Source of the DNA: Candidatus Micrarchaeota archaeon
GTDB lineage: Archaea > Micrarchaeota > Micrarchaeia > Micrarchaeales > CABMGC01
Reading direction: 5' to 3'
DNA length: 52,154 nt
Assembly (NCBI GenBank): GCA_027315135.1
Contig: DAHUYR010000036.1
Coordinates: 1 to 52,154 of the forward strand
The notes beneath the pieces are model-generated. The model was not told where the DNA came from. It saw nothing but the letters and a program-made list of their open reading frames with translations, and did not search any database. The position numbers and the translations under genes are program-made. Each line of letters opens with the position of its first letter. Positions within the stretch are counted from its first letter, which is position 1. Shown one piece after another: positions 26,703 through 35,707 of the stretch.

Positions 26703-26834
26703 ATGGCATATATATGCATGCATTGCGGAAAAGAGGTAAAGTCGATAGAAAAGTTTGTAAGGTGCCCATACTGCGGTTACAGGGTCCTTGCAAAGAAAAG
26801 ATCAACTATAGTAAGGGAAGTATCAACAGATTAG
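26703..26834 (+). CDS. rpoP: DNA-directed RNA polymerase subunit P (Rpo12/RpoP)
   Basis: The 43-aa ORF falls below the track's length cutoff: MAYICMHCGKEVKSIEKFVRCPYCGYRVLAKKRSTIVREVSTD. It has a CxxC-x12-CxxC zinc ribbon and the conserved position downstream of L37Ae. Confidence 0.85.
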   Translation: MAYICMHCGKEVKSIEKFVRCPYCGYRVLAKKRSTIVREVSTD

Positions 26835-27073
26835 ACTCTGTCCCCCACTATAATGAGTTCTGCGACCTTCTTTACTCTCTTGTACTCTATGCTATTCTTA
26901 AGGAAGTCGGTGCGCAAATCGCTGCTCTTGGTCAGCTTGCTCATCTCGCTTAGAAGTAGGTGTGAAACCGCCGCGTTGTCAATATCAACAACAACCTCCT
27001 TTATCTCGCCAAGCATGTTGCCAGAAACCGAGAGGACCTTCTTCCCATAAAACTCAGAAATCATAACTCCCAT
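26831..27073 (-). CDS. PRC-barrel domain protein
   Basis: 80 aa. FYGKKVLSVSGNMLGEIKEVVVDIDNAAVSHLLL fits the PRC-barrel pattern. Confidence 0.65.
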   Translation of the reverse strand: MGVMISEFYGKKVLSVSGNMLGEIKEVVVDIDNAAVSHLLLSEMSKLTKSSDLRTDFLKNSIEYKRVKKVAELIIVGDRV

Positions 27074-27077
27074 TCAA

Positions 27078-27602
27078 TCATCTGATTCTGCTTACTTTCT
27101 TAGAGGCAAAAATTCTTATTATGTACTCCTGCAGAGTGCTTACGAACATGCTCTCGTTTTCCGAGAGTTCCTTAAGATCCTTTTCATCAAACAGCTCCTT
27201 CCTGCTAGCCACGAGGCTCTTCAGATAATCATCCGTCATCGAGTAAAAACGTTTGCTGCACTTCCTGCATATATATACGGGAACGACAGGGACATGGGTT
27301 ATAACTGATGGATGTACGAGGTCGAGCTCCCTGACAACCTCTCCGCCGCATGCGGTACAGTTCGCATCCACTGCCAACCCTGTATATCCTCCAGCGTCAG
27401 AGACATCCATGATACTTACTATTTCGGAGTAATTAGAATCTCCGGGCTTGACATAAAGCTGCTTTTCCACAAGTCCGCGTCTGTTGAACTCGGTGAATAG
27501 CATCCCATTCTGCGTATTCTCTATAAGGATGCATATATCTGCGCCGTTCCTGCTGTAAAAATCGCTTCTAAGGCGCGTATCACTGCTCCTGAAAAACTTC
27601 AT
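27078..27602 (-). CDS. hypothetical zinc-ribbon protein (174 aa)
   Basis: CTAC...(28 aa)...CRKC pair with a helical C-terminus. Its start overlaps the histone stop (TGATG). No family recognised. Confidence 0.6.
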   Translation of the reverse strand: MKFFRSSDTRLRSDFYSRNGADICILIENTQNGMLFTEFNRRGLVEKQLYVKPGDSNYSEIVSIMDVSDAGGYTGLAVDANCTACGGEVVRELDLVHPSVITHVPVVPVYICRKCSKRFYSMTDDYLKSLVASRKELFDEKDLKELSENESMFVSTLQEYIIRIFASKKVSRIR

Positions 27603-27814
27603 CAGCTCCCCTTCTTAATCACGTATTTTTCTATATCCTCCTTCGTAATTCTGTCTCTCTTGGAGCGCTTTGCATTCTGCACCGCAAATGCAGATATCTT
27701 CTCAGCTTCCTTTTCTAGTATCGCAGCTATCTTGTCAGCCCCGCCATCGGTTATCCTTGCCTTGAAATGACTCTTGACAAGCTCTTTTATCGCTTTCCTT
27801 GATAGTTTTGCCAT
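27602..27814 (-). CDS. archaeal histone (histone-fold protein)
   Basis: 70 aa. ARITDGGADKIAAILEKEAEKISAFAVQNAKRSKRDRITKEDIEKYV aligns with the HMf-type pattern (…ARITLAKILEEMGRDIASEAIKLARHAGRKTIKAEDIELAV). Confidence 0.8.
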   Translation of the reverse strand: MAKLSRKAIKELVKSHFKARITDGGADKIAAILEKEAEKISAFAVQNAKRSKRDRITKEDIEKYVIKKGS

Positions 27815-27967
27815 TTAATCAGCACTCAAGATCGTCATCACTACTCAGACCTTCAGCTCATCATCTCATACATTCTGCATGTAAAAGTATATAATTGCCA
27901 AAGGTAAAAATCCTAACGTTTATAATCATTCACAGCAATATGTCCTTTGCTATTTGTGGTGTTATAT

Positions 27968-28285
27968 ATGATAGAAGATCTAGATGGAAAGCAGTTCGAA
28001 GAGAAAGTCATGCGTTCAAGCAAGCCTGTTATAGTGGATATATGGGCTACCTGGTGCGGTCCCTGCAGAATATTCTCCCCAGTAATAGAAGAGGTATCAA
28101 AGGATTTTGTTAGCAAGGCGACATTCTACAAGCTTGATGCAGATCAAAACCAGGAGATAGTGCAAAAATACGACATAATGGGCATCCCGACAGTTCTCCT
28201 TTTTGAAAAGGGAGTAGTGAAGGCAATGTCAGTCGGCGCCCTTCCAAAAGAAGCTTTCAGGAAGTGGGTCGTCAACAACTTATAA
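27968..28285 (+). CDS. trxA: thioredoxin
   Basis: WATWCGPC active site and GIPTVLLF motif. The ATG is at 27968, inside track ORF 27947..28285. Confidence 0.9.
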   Translation: MIEDLDGKQFEEKVMRSSKPVIVDIWATWCGPCRIFSPVIEEVSKDFVSKATFYKLDADQNQEIVQKYDIMGIPTVLLFEKGVVKAMSVGALPKEAFRKWVVNNL

Positions 28286-28288
28286 TAA

Positions 28289-29578
28289 ATGATAAAGATG
28301 ACTCTTGAACTTCCCCGCGGAACAAAGGATTATGGGCCAAAAGAGAGCATGCGCCTGAAAGCAATAATCTCTAAAGTAGAGGATACTTTTAGGAAATTCG
28401 GCTTCTACCCAATAACTACTCCTGCAATAGAAAAAATAGAGGTGCTGAGCTCAAAGATATACGGCAGTGATGCAAATAATGAGATCTTCCTACTTGACGG
28501 AAAGGAAGCAGGACTGAGGTACGACCTTACGGTGCCTACTGCAAGATACTTTGCAATGAACAAGGGAACGGCCCTGCCATTCAAAAGGTACATGATAGCA
28601 GAGGCATGGCGCAGGGACGAGCCGCAGTTCATGCGCGGAAGAGAGTTCATACAGGCAGACCTTGATGTGATAGGAAGCTCGGAAATAACTGCTGAAGCTG
28701 AGGTAATAGCTGCAACAGCACTTGCCCTGGAGGGCATAGGCATAACTGATTACACGATACTGCTGAACAACCGAATACTACTATCTGCAATAATGGACAA
28801 GTTTGCAATCCCGAAGGACAAGCAGTTGCAGGCGATGCGCATACTGGACAAATTGGCAAAGCTAAGCGCTGAAGAGATATTGAAGCAGATGGATGCTATC
28901 GGAGTAAGCAAGGATACGGCAGAACAACTGCTGAACTTCATAAAGGTGGAAGAGGGCACGCAGCAGAAGCTCACAAGGATAGAGGCGAATACGGATTCCA
29001 CAAAAGCGACAGTTGAAAAGATGCGCAATCTGATATCGCTGCTAGGACTCTACCATATAAACGGCGAATTATCAATCGACCTTTCAGTAATACGCGGACT
29101 GGATTACTATACAGATACGGTATGGGAGATTACTGCTACGACATCAGGAAAGAAGACGCTTGCAATAGCTTCAGGAGGCAGGTATGACAGCCTGATAGAG
29201 AAATATTCGAAGGTGCATACTCCTGCAGTAGGGTCTTCAATAGGGATAAGCAGGGTTGTAGAATTACTCGAAGCAAAATCCGGAGCAAAGACCTATGCAG
29301 ATGTCTATATCTCCTACATGGACAATGAATCAATAAAATATGCGATAGAGGTTGCAAACATATTCAGAAATTCCGGCATAAATGTCGACCTGAACATGAC
29401 TCAGAGGAACATCAGCAAGCAATTGGAATACGTAAACACACTGAGTATAAAATATGTCTGCATAATAGGCCCTTCAGAGGTGCAGACCGGGTTGATAACG
29501 CTAAAGAACATGTATAAAAATGAGGAGACACAGATAGGTCCGGAAGAGGCCGTATCAAAAATAAAAGCTGGTTTGTAA
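28289..29578 (+). CDS. hisS: histidine--tRNA ligase
   Basis: PRGTKDY, LRYDLTVP, WRRDEPQFMRGREFIQADLD and GGRYD motifs of class IIa HisRS. 429 aa. Confidence 0.93.
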   Translation: MIKMTLELPRGTKDYGPKESMRLKAIISKVEDTFRKFGFYPITTPAIEKIEVLSSKIYGSDANNEIFLLDGKEAGLRYDLTVPTARYFAMNKGTALPFKRYMIAEAWRRDEPQFMRGREFIQADLDVIGSSEITAEAEVIAATALALEGIGITDYTILLNNRILLSAIMDKFAIPKDKQLQAMRILDKLAKLSAEEILKQMDAIGVSKDTAEQLLNFIKVEEGTQQKLTRIEANTDSTKATVEKMRNLISLLGLYHINGELSIDLSVIRGLDYYTDTVWEITATTSGKKTLAIASGGRYDSLIEKYSKVHTPAVGSSIGISRVVELLEAKSGAKTYADVYISYMDNESIKYAIEVANIFRNSGINVDLNMTQRNISKQLEYVNTLSIKYVCIIGPSEVQTGLITLKNMYKNEETQIGPEEAVSKIKAGL

Positions 29579-29579
29579 A

Positions 29580-30080
29580 ATGGCTAAATCAGAGCTCGAC
29601 GAAGTAACAAGAAGGACAATAGAGAACGGCGGAATACTTGCTAAGGCATATTTCGACATGCATAGCGAGAAGGAGGAGGATCTGCAGCCGTTGATGACCG
29701 ATATGATAAGCAACAGGCTGTTAAAATTCCCCGGCGTAGTATACTGTGCAGGAGAGATAGCAGAGCCGTTGAAGGTAGATAACCTCTACACGACCAACGC
29801 AGTGGTAACCATTCTTGTAAAAGACCTCTGGACCCTGCTAAACATATCCTTCAATTTTGTCCCAGCAGGAATAGAGGTGCTGAAACCTGATAAGGAATAT
29901 TATCTTAAACACAATGACTTGCAGGCCATAATGATTAACATAGCGCAGATATCGGCTCAGTTCTCCGAGTATATACTTGGAAATGTATTGTCAAAAGAGG
30001 ATTACGAAAAGGTAAAGCAGGACATGGCCAGGAGGGAGGAGCTCGGGAAGAAACTGATAGGAGAGGGCAAACAGGAGTGA
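29580..30080 (+). CDS. hypothetical protein (166 aa)
   Basis: The ORF starts 1 nt after the hisS stop. It is soluble with a charged C-terminus (KQDMARREELGKKLIGEGKQE). No family recognised. Confidence 0.55.
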   Translation: MAKSELDEVTRRTIENGGILAKAYFDMHSEKEEDLQPLMTDMISNRLLKFPGVVYCAGEIAEPLKVDNLYTTNAVVTILVKDLWTLLNISFNFVPAGIEVLKPDKEYYLKHNDLQAIMINIAQISAQFSEYILGNVLSKEDYEKVKQDMARREELGKKLIGEGKQE

Positions 30081-30081
30081 A

Positions 30082-31182
30082 TCACGCAGGCTTCCTTGTA
30101 AAGAATCTTTTTATCAGCAGGGAAGGATGATCCATATCTCCATATTTCGATATGAAAGAATCCATACCTAGAAAATTCATCACGCTTATCAGCCTGCCTA
30201 TCGAATTGCCATCCAACGAGGAATAAAAGTTGTTTATGTGCGTATGCAGCTTAAGATCCTTGCCATATTTCTTTGCGAACGCTTTCTCATACTCTGCAAG
30301 GCTCTTTCCAGATGTAATGCTGTCGCATATCGCACGCGCAGCCATTATCGCAGCAGCTGAACCATAAACTATTCCACCTCCGGTGGTTCCCTTTACCTGT
30401 CCGGCTGCATCTCCTACGAGGAGCACCCTTTTTTCAGGATTAACTATCCTCCTGCGCATCTGCAGAGGTATCATGCTCGCTCCGTTATCTATCATCTTTG
30501 CACTGCCAACGGCATCAGTCACCTCTTTCAGCGCAAGGAATCTGTCAAGAGCCTTTCTTGCATTTCCTTTTGAAGAATCTATGCCAACACCCACTTCCAG
30601 CACATCCTTTGCATTTGGGCACATCCACGCAAAAAGTCCGGGAAACGCCTTCTTGTCAAAAAACAGGTCCACATAGCCAGGCTCATCAACATCTACGTTG
30701 AATTCAGCCTTATATGTAAGCACATATCTGCCTATGGGCCCCATGCCAAAGTGCTTTGCTACAGCAGATACTGCTCCATCAGCCCCAACAATTATCGAAT
30801 CCTTATGCAGCTTTCCAATCGCTGTGCCATTTATCCTCACTCCCTTTTTTATTACAGCTCCAGCATGCTCTGCTTCATCTGCGCATATGTCTGCAAGCTT
30901 CTTCCTGTCAAGCACCTTTGCCACAGGCTCTTTAGCAGATATGCGCATGATTCTTTTACCTGCATGTATCCTCGCCCCGCGCAATGTGTTTGTTACAGCG
31001 CTCTCATAAGCTATCCCAGACATCTTCAATCCGTTTATGGATATTATTCCAGATGCTCTTACAGGAAGCCCAAGCTCTGTCTTCTGATCATATATCACAG
31101 TGTGCACTCCTCTGCCAGCAAGTTCTCTGCCTGCTACCAAACCTGCGGTCCCCGCACCTATTACTGAAACTTTGCCACGCAT
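30082..31182 (-). CDS. geranylgeranyl reductase family FAD-dependent oxidoreductase
   Basis: ATG 31182 gives MRGKVSVIGAGTAGLVAGRELAGRG (dinucleotide-binding GxGxxG). LLVGDAAGQVKGTTGGGI is typical of GGR. Confidence 0.85.
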   Translation of the reverse strand: MRGKVSVIGAGTAGLVAGRELAGRGVHTVIYDQKTELGLPVRASGIISINGLKMSGIAYESAVTNTLRGARIHAGKRIMRISAKEPVAKVLDRKKLADICADEAEHAGAVIKKGVRINGTAIGKLHKDSIIVGADGAVSAVAKHFGMGPIGRYVLTYKAEFNVDVDEPGYVDLFFDKKAFPGLFAWMCPNAKDVLEVGVGIDSSKGNARKALDRFLALKEVTDAVGSAKMIDNGASMIPLQMRRRIVNPEKRVLLVGDAAGQVKGTTGGGIVYGSAAAIMAARAICDSITSGKSLAEYEKAFAKKYGKDLKLHTHINNFYSSLDGNSIGRLISVMNFLGMDSFISKYGDMDHPSLLIKRFFTRKPA

Positions 31183-31295
31183 AGAAGCACTCTGCCTAAA
31201 AGTAACATACACTTTTATTAATACGACTAATGTATCTTCTGTATTGTAAATAGAACATTTACCTTTAATAATGCAAATTATCAAAGAATGGTCAT

Positions 31296-34200
31296 ATGCT
31301 GTTTATATTAGCACTCTTTATAGGGATAATAAGCGTCATAGTTCCTGGATTCCTCCTTGCGCTAGCTCTACTACACAGGACCAGGATGAACAAGCTTTTC
31401 ATATTCATGTTCGGGATAGCCTTCGGACTGATCTTCCCACCGACAATGATATGGCTTGAGGCTTATCTGATACCTATCTCTCCAGTATTCGCATTCTCTG
31501 CAGGGCTGTATGATGTAAACGTAGTAATACTTTCAATAATAGGACTAGTACTTTCCATAAGGGAGGGTGCCATAGACCTTTCAGCACTCGGAGCGCCAAA
31601 GCCAAAGGCAGGCAAACAATCCATAAACAAAGAGATTGAGCTTGATTATAAGAAGAGGCTGCACAGCCTGAGGGAGAGGGCAGCAACAAACAGCGCAGTG
31701 CTCAAGATTGTAAAGGCGCACGAGAAGGACGAGGAATACCTGTTCAACAGGCATGCTGAAGAGCTTTCATCGTTAAAAGACATAGGTCCGGAGGAAAGGA
31801 GAAATATAGAGGACAGGCATGCAAAGGAGGAGAGGAGGCTTTACGAAGAACATGAAACCGAGGAGCAGGAGCTCATAGGGGAAAAGCCTAAGGAAACCGG
31901 GAGGGGCTCATCAATAAATCTCGTATACCTGGGGCTGATAGCACTAATGCTCATAACATTCTTGACGAGAATAGCAAACATAGCTGTCTCACCCACTTAC
32001 TTCGAATTCGATCCATATTACGACATGATAAGCACAGAGTACATCCTTGTGCACGGATACCAGCTGCTGTATGACAACGCTGCATGGCCCGGCTTCCTTC
32101 CAAATTCAATGCACAGGCTGCAGCCTCTAGTGCCTTATATTGAAGCTTACTGGTATACTATATCAAACACGGCAAGTGCATCTGCGCATTATGTCAACAC
32201 AAATCTCCTTAGCCTAGTTAGCAGCTATTATCCGCCGATAACTGCAGCATTCCTTGTGTTCGCAGTCTTCATCTACCTTTATTATGAATACGGGAAGATG
32301 CCGGCCCTGCTTGGAGCAAGCCTGGCTACCTTCATGCCTGCATTGATAACAACCTTCATAGCCGGTGAGCAGCTGCTCGAGCCATGGGGAATATTCGCAA
32401 TGTTCTTCTTCTATGCCACTTATCTGCTTGCAATAAATAATCCCAAGGAGTACAGATATACGATTCTTGCAGGGATAGCCTTTGCATCAAACTTCCTAGG
32501 TGCCCACTACTACACAGTTACCGCAGGAGTTCTGGGATTCTACATACTTTTGCAGGGAGTAATCAACGTACTGAAGAGAAACGATAACAAGGACTTCTAC
32601 AAGATGAACGCCCTTCTTATAGGCATAATAATCGTAACCTTCGCTCTGTATAACGCATACAACGCGACGCTCACCTCACAAACCTCAAGTATCCTCGGCG
32701 TGCCTATAGTCATAGCGATACCGACCTTGGCCCTGATATTCGTCGCAGCGTTTGAATTCCTGCCAAAGCTGCTGAAGGAAAAGAACTATCTTAAGAAAAT
32801 AGACACTTTCACATATGTTATGTTCCTTGCGTTATTTGCTATCATTGTAATGCTATTGATAGCATTCACTCCTGTAGGAAAGCCTTTCGATAAATATCTG
32901 GCACTCAGCGCCCATTACACAACGCCTTCGATACCTCTTTTCATGACAGTCCAGGAGTATGCACCAACAGGGTTCAATTACAATTTCGGCTCTGCAGGCT
33001 TCGGCCTGATAGGGTTCAATATAGGAGGACTAGCGATACTAGTCTGGGGCGTACTGCTTGCATTTACCGCACTTATGATATATGCTATATATAACAGGGA
33101 TTCGCGAACAAGTGTCCTTTCACTGGCAATGGTGTGGCCACTGGCAATAGCCGGCATGTCCGAAGTCAAATACCTGCCACACTTCGGAGTAGGTTACATA
33201 ATCGCTATATGCGCCATACTCGGCGAAGTGATGGTGCTGTATCCAAAGTACAGCAAACTAAAGTGGCCAAACTTCTTCACCCCAACAAACGCAATCTTCA
33301 TCATAGCAATAATAATATTCCTGTCAGAATTCGTTCTTACTGCCCCATCCTTTGCATCTATGCTGAATCCAAACTGCAATACGATAAACAGTTCCATAAC
33401 GGCTGATATGTACTGCAACCAGGTGCCTGGGTACTGGATAAACGCGACAAATTGGATGAAGCAGAATGTCGGCCCATATGCTCCAAGAATACTTGCATGG
33501 TGGGACTATGGTGACTGGATAAACTGGTTCGGGAACAGCAATGCGGTAATAAGGGGAGACAACGCAGTTGCAAAGCTTGATTATGCGACAGCTGCGCAAT
33601 ATGTTCTAGGCCCTAAGGACGGCTACAACACGACAGAACTGGCGAAATTCATGAATACCAACCAAGCAGGATACATACTCATGGACAATCAACTTGTGCC
33701 TAAATGGGGAGCATTGGACTTCCTGGCATGCATAGACACAAACCAGACGACTATGCAGTATGCGCAGAGTCAGGGCGCACAGCAAAGCCCGCCACAACCA
33801 TACCAGCTTGGCACATCGCCATGCGAGCTGGCACATGATCCTGCATTCATATATGTGCCAGTGCAGCAGACCAGCAGTGGAATAACTATAGCTCAGAGCG
33901 TAAGCAGTTACTGCGCGTATGGCAATTCGACCAACACGGCGATAAAAGGACTGGTCTCTACAGGAAGCTCATTACTGAATACAACTTACTGCGTGCCAAC
34001 AAGCTTCCTCAATTCAGGAAACCCGACATATATCTATACTGCAAACGGCATCAAGACGAATATGATGCTTGCATCCCAGCCTGTGCTCTACGGCGGAGTG
34101 TCTGACATACAGGGTCAACTCTTCATAAGTTTCATGATACTGATGGTTCCGAACGGACCTAACAATACCATAACAAATCCATTATCGGAATTTTACCAGT

Positions 34201-34400
34201 CGAACTACTACAAAGGATTCTTCCTAGGTCACATAAACGGACTGACTCTGGTATACCCGACAAACTTCACAGGAGGGGTAAACTACATAAACTCGACAAA
34301 TGAAATCATGATATACAAGCTAAACAACTTCACTGGATCTCTTCCGAATGTGACCCAGAAGGCGTCTTGGGTGACCAACAACCTGACAATGCCTGGATAA
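31296..34400 (+). CDS. aglB: oligosaccharyltransferase AglB/STT3 with ~200-aa N-terminal extension
   Basis: WWDYGDW motif (33499-33519), EFDPYYD in the first external loop, and 13+ TM helices. 1034 aa. Confidence 0.9.
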   Translation: MLFILALFIGIISVIVPGFLLALALLHRTRMNKLFIFMFGIAFGLIFPPTMIWLEAYLIPISPVFAFSAGLYDVNVVILSIIGLVLSIREGAIDLSALGAPKPKAGKQSINKEIELDYKKRLHSLRERAATNSAVLKIVKAHEKDEEYLFNRHAEELSSLKDIGPEERRNIEDRHAKEERRLYEEHETEEQELIGEKPKETGRGSSINLVYLGLIALMLITFLTRIANIAVSPTYFEFDPYYDMISTEYILVHGYQLLYDNAAWPGFLPNSMHRLQPLVPYIEAYWYTISNTASASAHYVNTNLLSLVSSYYPPITAAFLVFAVFIYLYYEYGKMPALLGASLATFMPALITTFIAGEQLLEPWGIFAMFFFYATYLLAINNPKEYRYTILAGIAFASNFLGAHYYTVTAGVLGFYILLQGVINVLKRNDNKDFYKMNALLIGIIIVTFALYNAYNATLTSQTSSILGVPIVIAIPTLALIFVAAFEFLPKLLKEKNYLKKIDTFTYVMFLALFAIIVMLLIAFTPVGKPFDKYLALSAHYTTPSIPLFMTVQEYAPTGFNYNFGSAGFGLIGFNIGGLAILVWGVLLAFTALMIYAIYNRDSRTSVLSLAMVWPLAIAGMSEVKYLPHFGVGYIIAICAILGEVMVLYPKYSKLKWPNFFTPTNAIFIIAIIIFLSEFVLTAPSFASMLNPNCNTINSSITADMYCNQVPGYWINATNWMKQNVGPYAPRILAWWDYGDWINWFGNSNAVIRGDNAVAKLDYATAAQYVLGPKDGYNTTELAKFMNTNQAGYILMDNQLVPKWGALDFLACIDTNQTTMQYAQSQGAQQSPPQPYQLGTSPCELAHDPAFIYVPVQQTSSGITIAQSVSSYCAYGNSTNTAIKGLVSTGSSLLNTTYCVPTSFLNSGNPTYIYTANGIKTNMMLASQPVLYGGVSDIQGQLFISFMILMVPNGPNNTITNPLSEFYQSNYYKGFFLGHINGLTLVYPTNFTGGVNYINSTNEIMIYKLNNFTGSLPNVTQKASWVTNNLTMPG

Positions 34401-34413
34401 TCTCGGTCTTTAG

Positions 34414-35547
34414 ATGAAATTGTTGATAATACAGCCTTACCTGAACATAAAAGGAGGAGTCGAACGGGTAATATTAGAGATAGCAAAACACTACGACGCA
34501 ACTATCTATACTACAGAGTACGACAAAGCGGCGACATTCGAGGGATTCAAAGATACTGACATTAAAATAGTGGGAAAGGACGTTCCACTTGCAGACCGGC
34601 TTCCTTACAGGGCCTCCCAGGGACTGAGATACGGGTACAATTTCTACAATCTTAAGATAAAGGACGATTATGATGTGGCAAATCCTCACATCTCCCCAAG
34701 TGAGTGGATAAGGCACAAGAACGAGCATGTCCTGTGGTACTGCCACACCCCTCCAAGAGAGGTGTATGACTTATATGCTGTGCGGATGATGCAAAGGTCC
34801 TACAAGGAGAAGATGCTCTATGCTGCAATGACCGGTGCGTACAAGATAGTGGCAAAGAATATAGTCAAGAACATAGAGGAAGTTGCGGCGAACAGCCAGG
34901 TAACCAGGCAGCGCATAAAGAAATACTACTCGAAAGAATCAACAGTGATAAATCCCGGCATAGACTATGAGAGGTTCAGCGAAGGAGGCGACGACAAATA
35001 CTTCGTATATCCATCAAGATTCGTAGTGAACAAAAGGCAGGAGTATGTGATAAATGCTTTTAAGGAATATGTTAAAAAAACGAAGAGCAATCACAGCCTA
35101 ATACTTGCAGGCACTCTGTCCAAAGATCCGGAGCACATAAGGTATATGCAGAGGCTGAAGAACCTTGCCGGGAGCGCAAAGATCAGGTTCATGCCGAATC
35201 CCAGCGACAAGAAGCTTGCAGAGCTCTATTCAAGAAGTACGGCGGTGCTATTCGCAGCCATTAACGAAGACTTTGGCATAGTTCCGCTGGAAGGAATGGC
35301 AAGTTCAAAGCCAGTCATATCTGTAAATGAGGGAGGGCCTACGGAAACGATACTCAACAGGAAGACCGGCTTCCTTGTAAATTCATACTCTGAAATGGCA
35401 GAAAGAATGCAGCAGGTGGTTGATAACCCGTCAATGGCGAAAAGAATGGGCAAAGCCGGAAGAAACCGCATAATAAGCCATTATTCATGGCAGTCATTCT
35501 TCTACGAGTTTGACAGGCTTGCAAAGAGCGTAGCTAAGGCCGATTAA
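34414..35547 (+). CDS. GT-B glycosyltransferase, family 4 (Glycos_transf_1)
   Basis: E-x7-E motif EDFGIVPLEGMASSKPVIS and GGPTETI. 377 aa. It lies immediately downstream of aglB. Confidence 0.85.
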   Translation: MKLLIIQPYLNIKGGVERVILEIAKHYDATIYTTEYDKAATFEGFKDTDIKIVGKDVPLADRLPYRASQGLRYGYNFYNLKIKDDYDVANPHISPSEWIRHKNEHVLWYCHTPPREVYDLYAVRMMQRSYKEKMLYAAMTGAYKIVAKNIVKNIEEVAANSQVTRQRIKKYYSKESTVINPGIDYERFSEGGDDKYFVYPSRFVVNKRQEYVINAFKEYVKKTKSNHSLILAGTLSKDPEHIRYMQRLKNLAGSAKIRFMPNPSDKKLAELYSRSTAVLFAAINEDFGIVPLEGMASSKPVISVNEGGPTETILNRKTGFLVNSYSEMAERMQQVVDNPSMAKRMGKAGRNRIISHYSWQSFFYEFDRLAKSVAKAD

Positions 35548-35587
35548 ACAGCACTCTCTGCCAGTCCTGATGCATAAAGCGGTATAA

Positions 35588-35599
35588 AAAGGCGCCTTT
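35588..35599. promoter_or_regulatory. perfect 12-bp palindrome AAAGGCGCCTTT overlapping a TATA-like box upstream of the thermosome gene
   Basis: ggtataaaaaggcgcctttg read directly. It lies 109 nt upstream of the ths ATG. Confidence 0.3.
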
Positions 35600-35707
35600 G
35601 CAGAGAAAACTATAAAAATCTTAAGCAGCATAACAATAATGCGATAATGACCTAATCAGCTAGCTTTTTAGGAAGAATTCTACTTATATTATCATAAAGG
35701 TGAAAAA

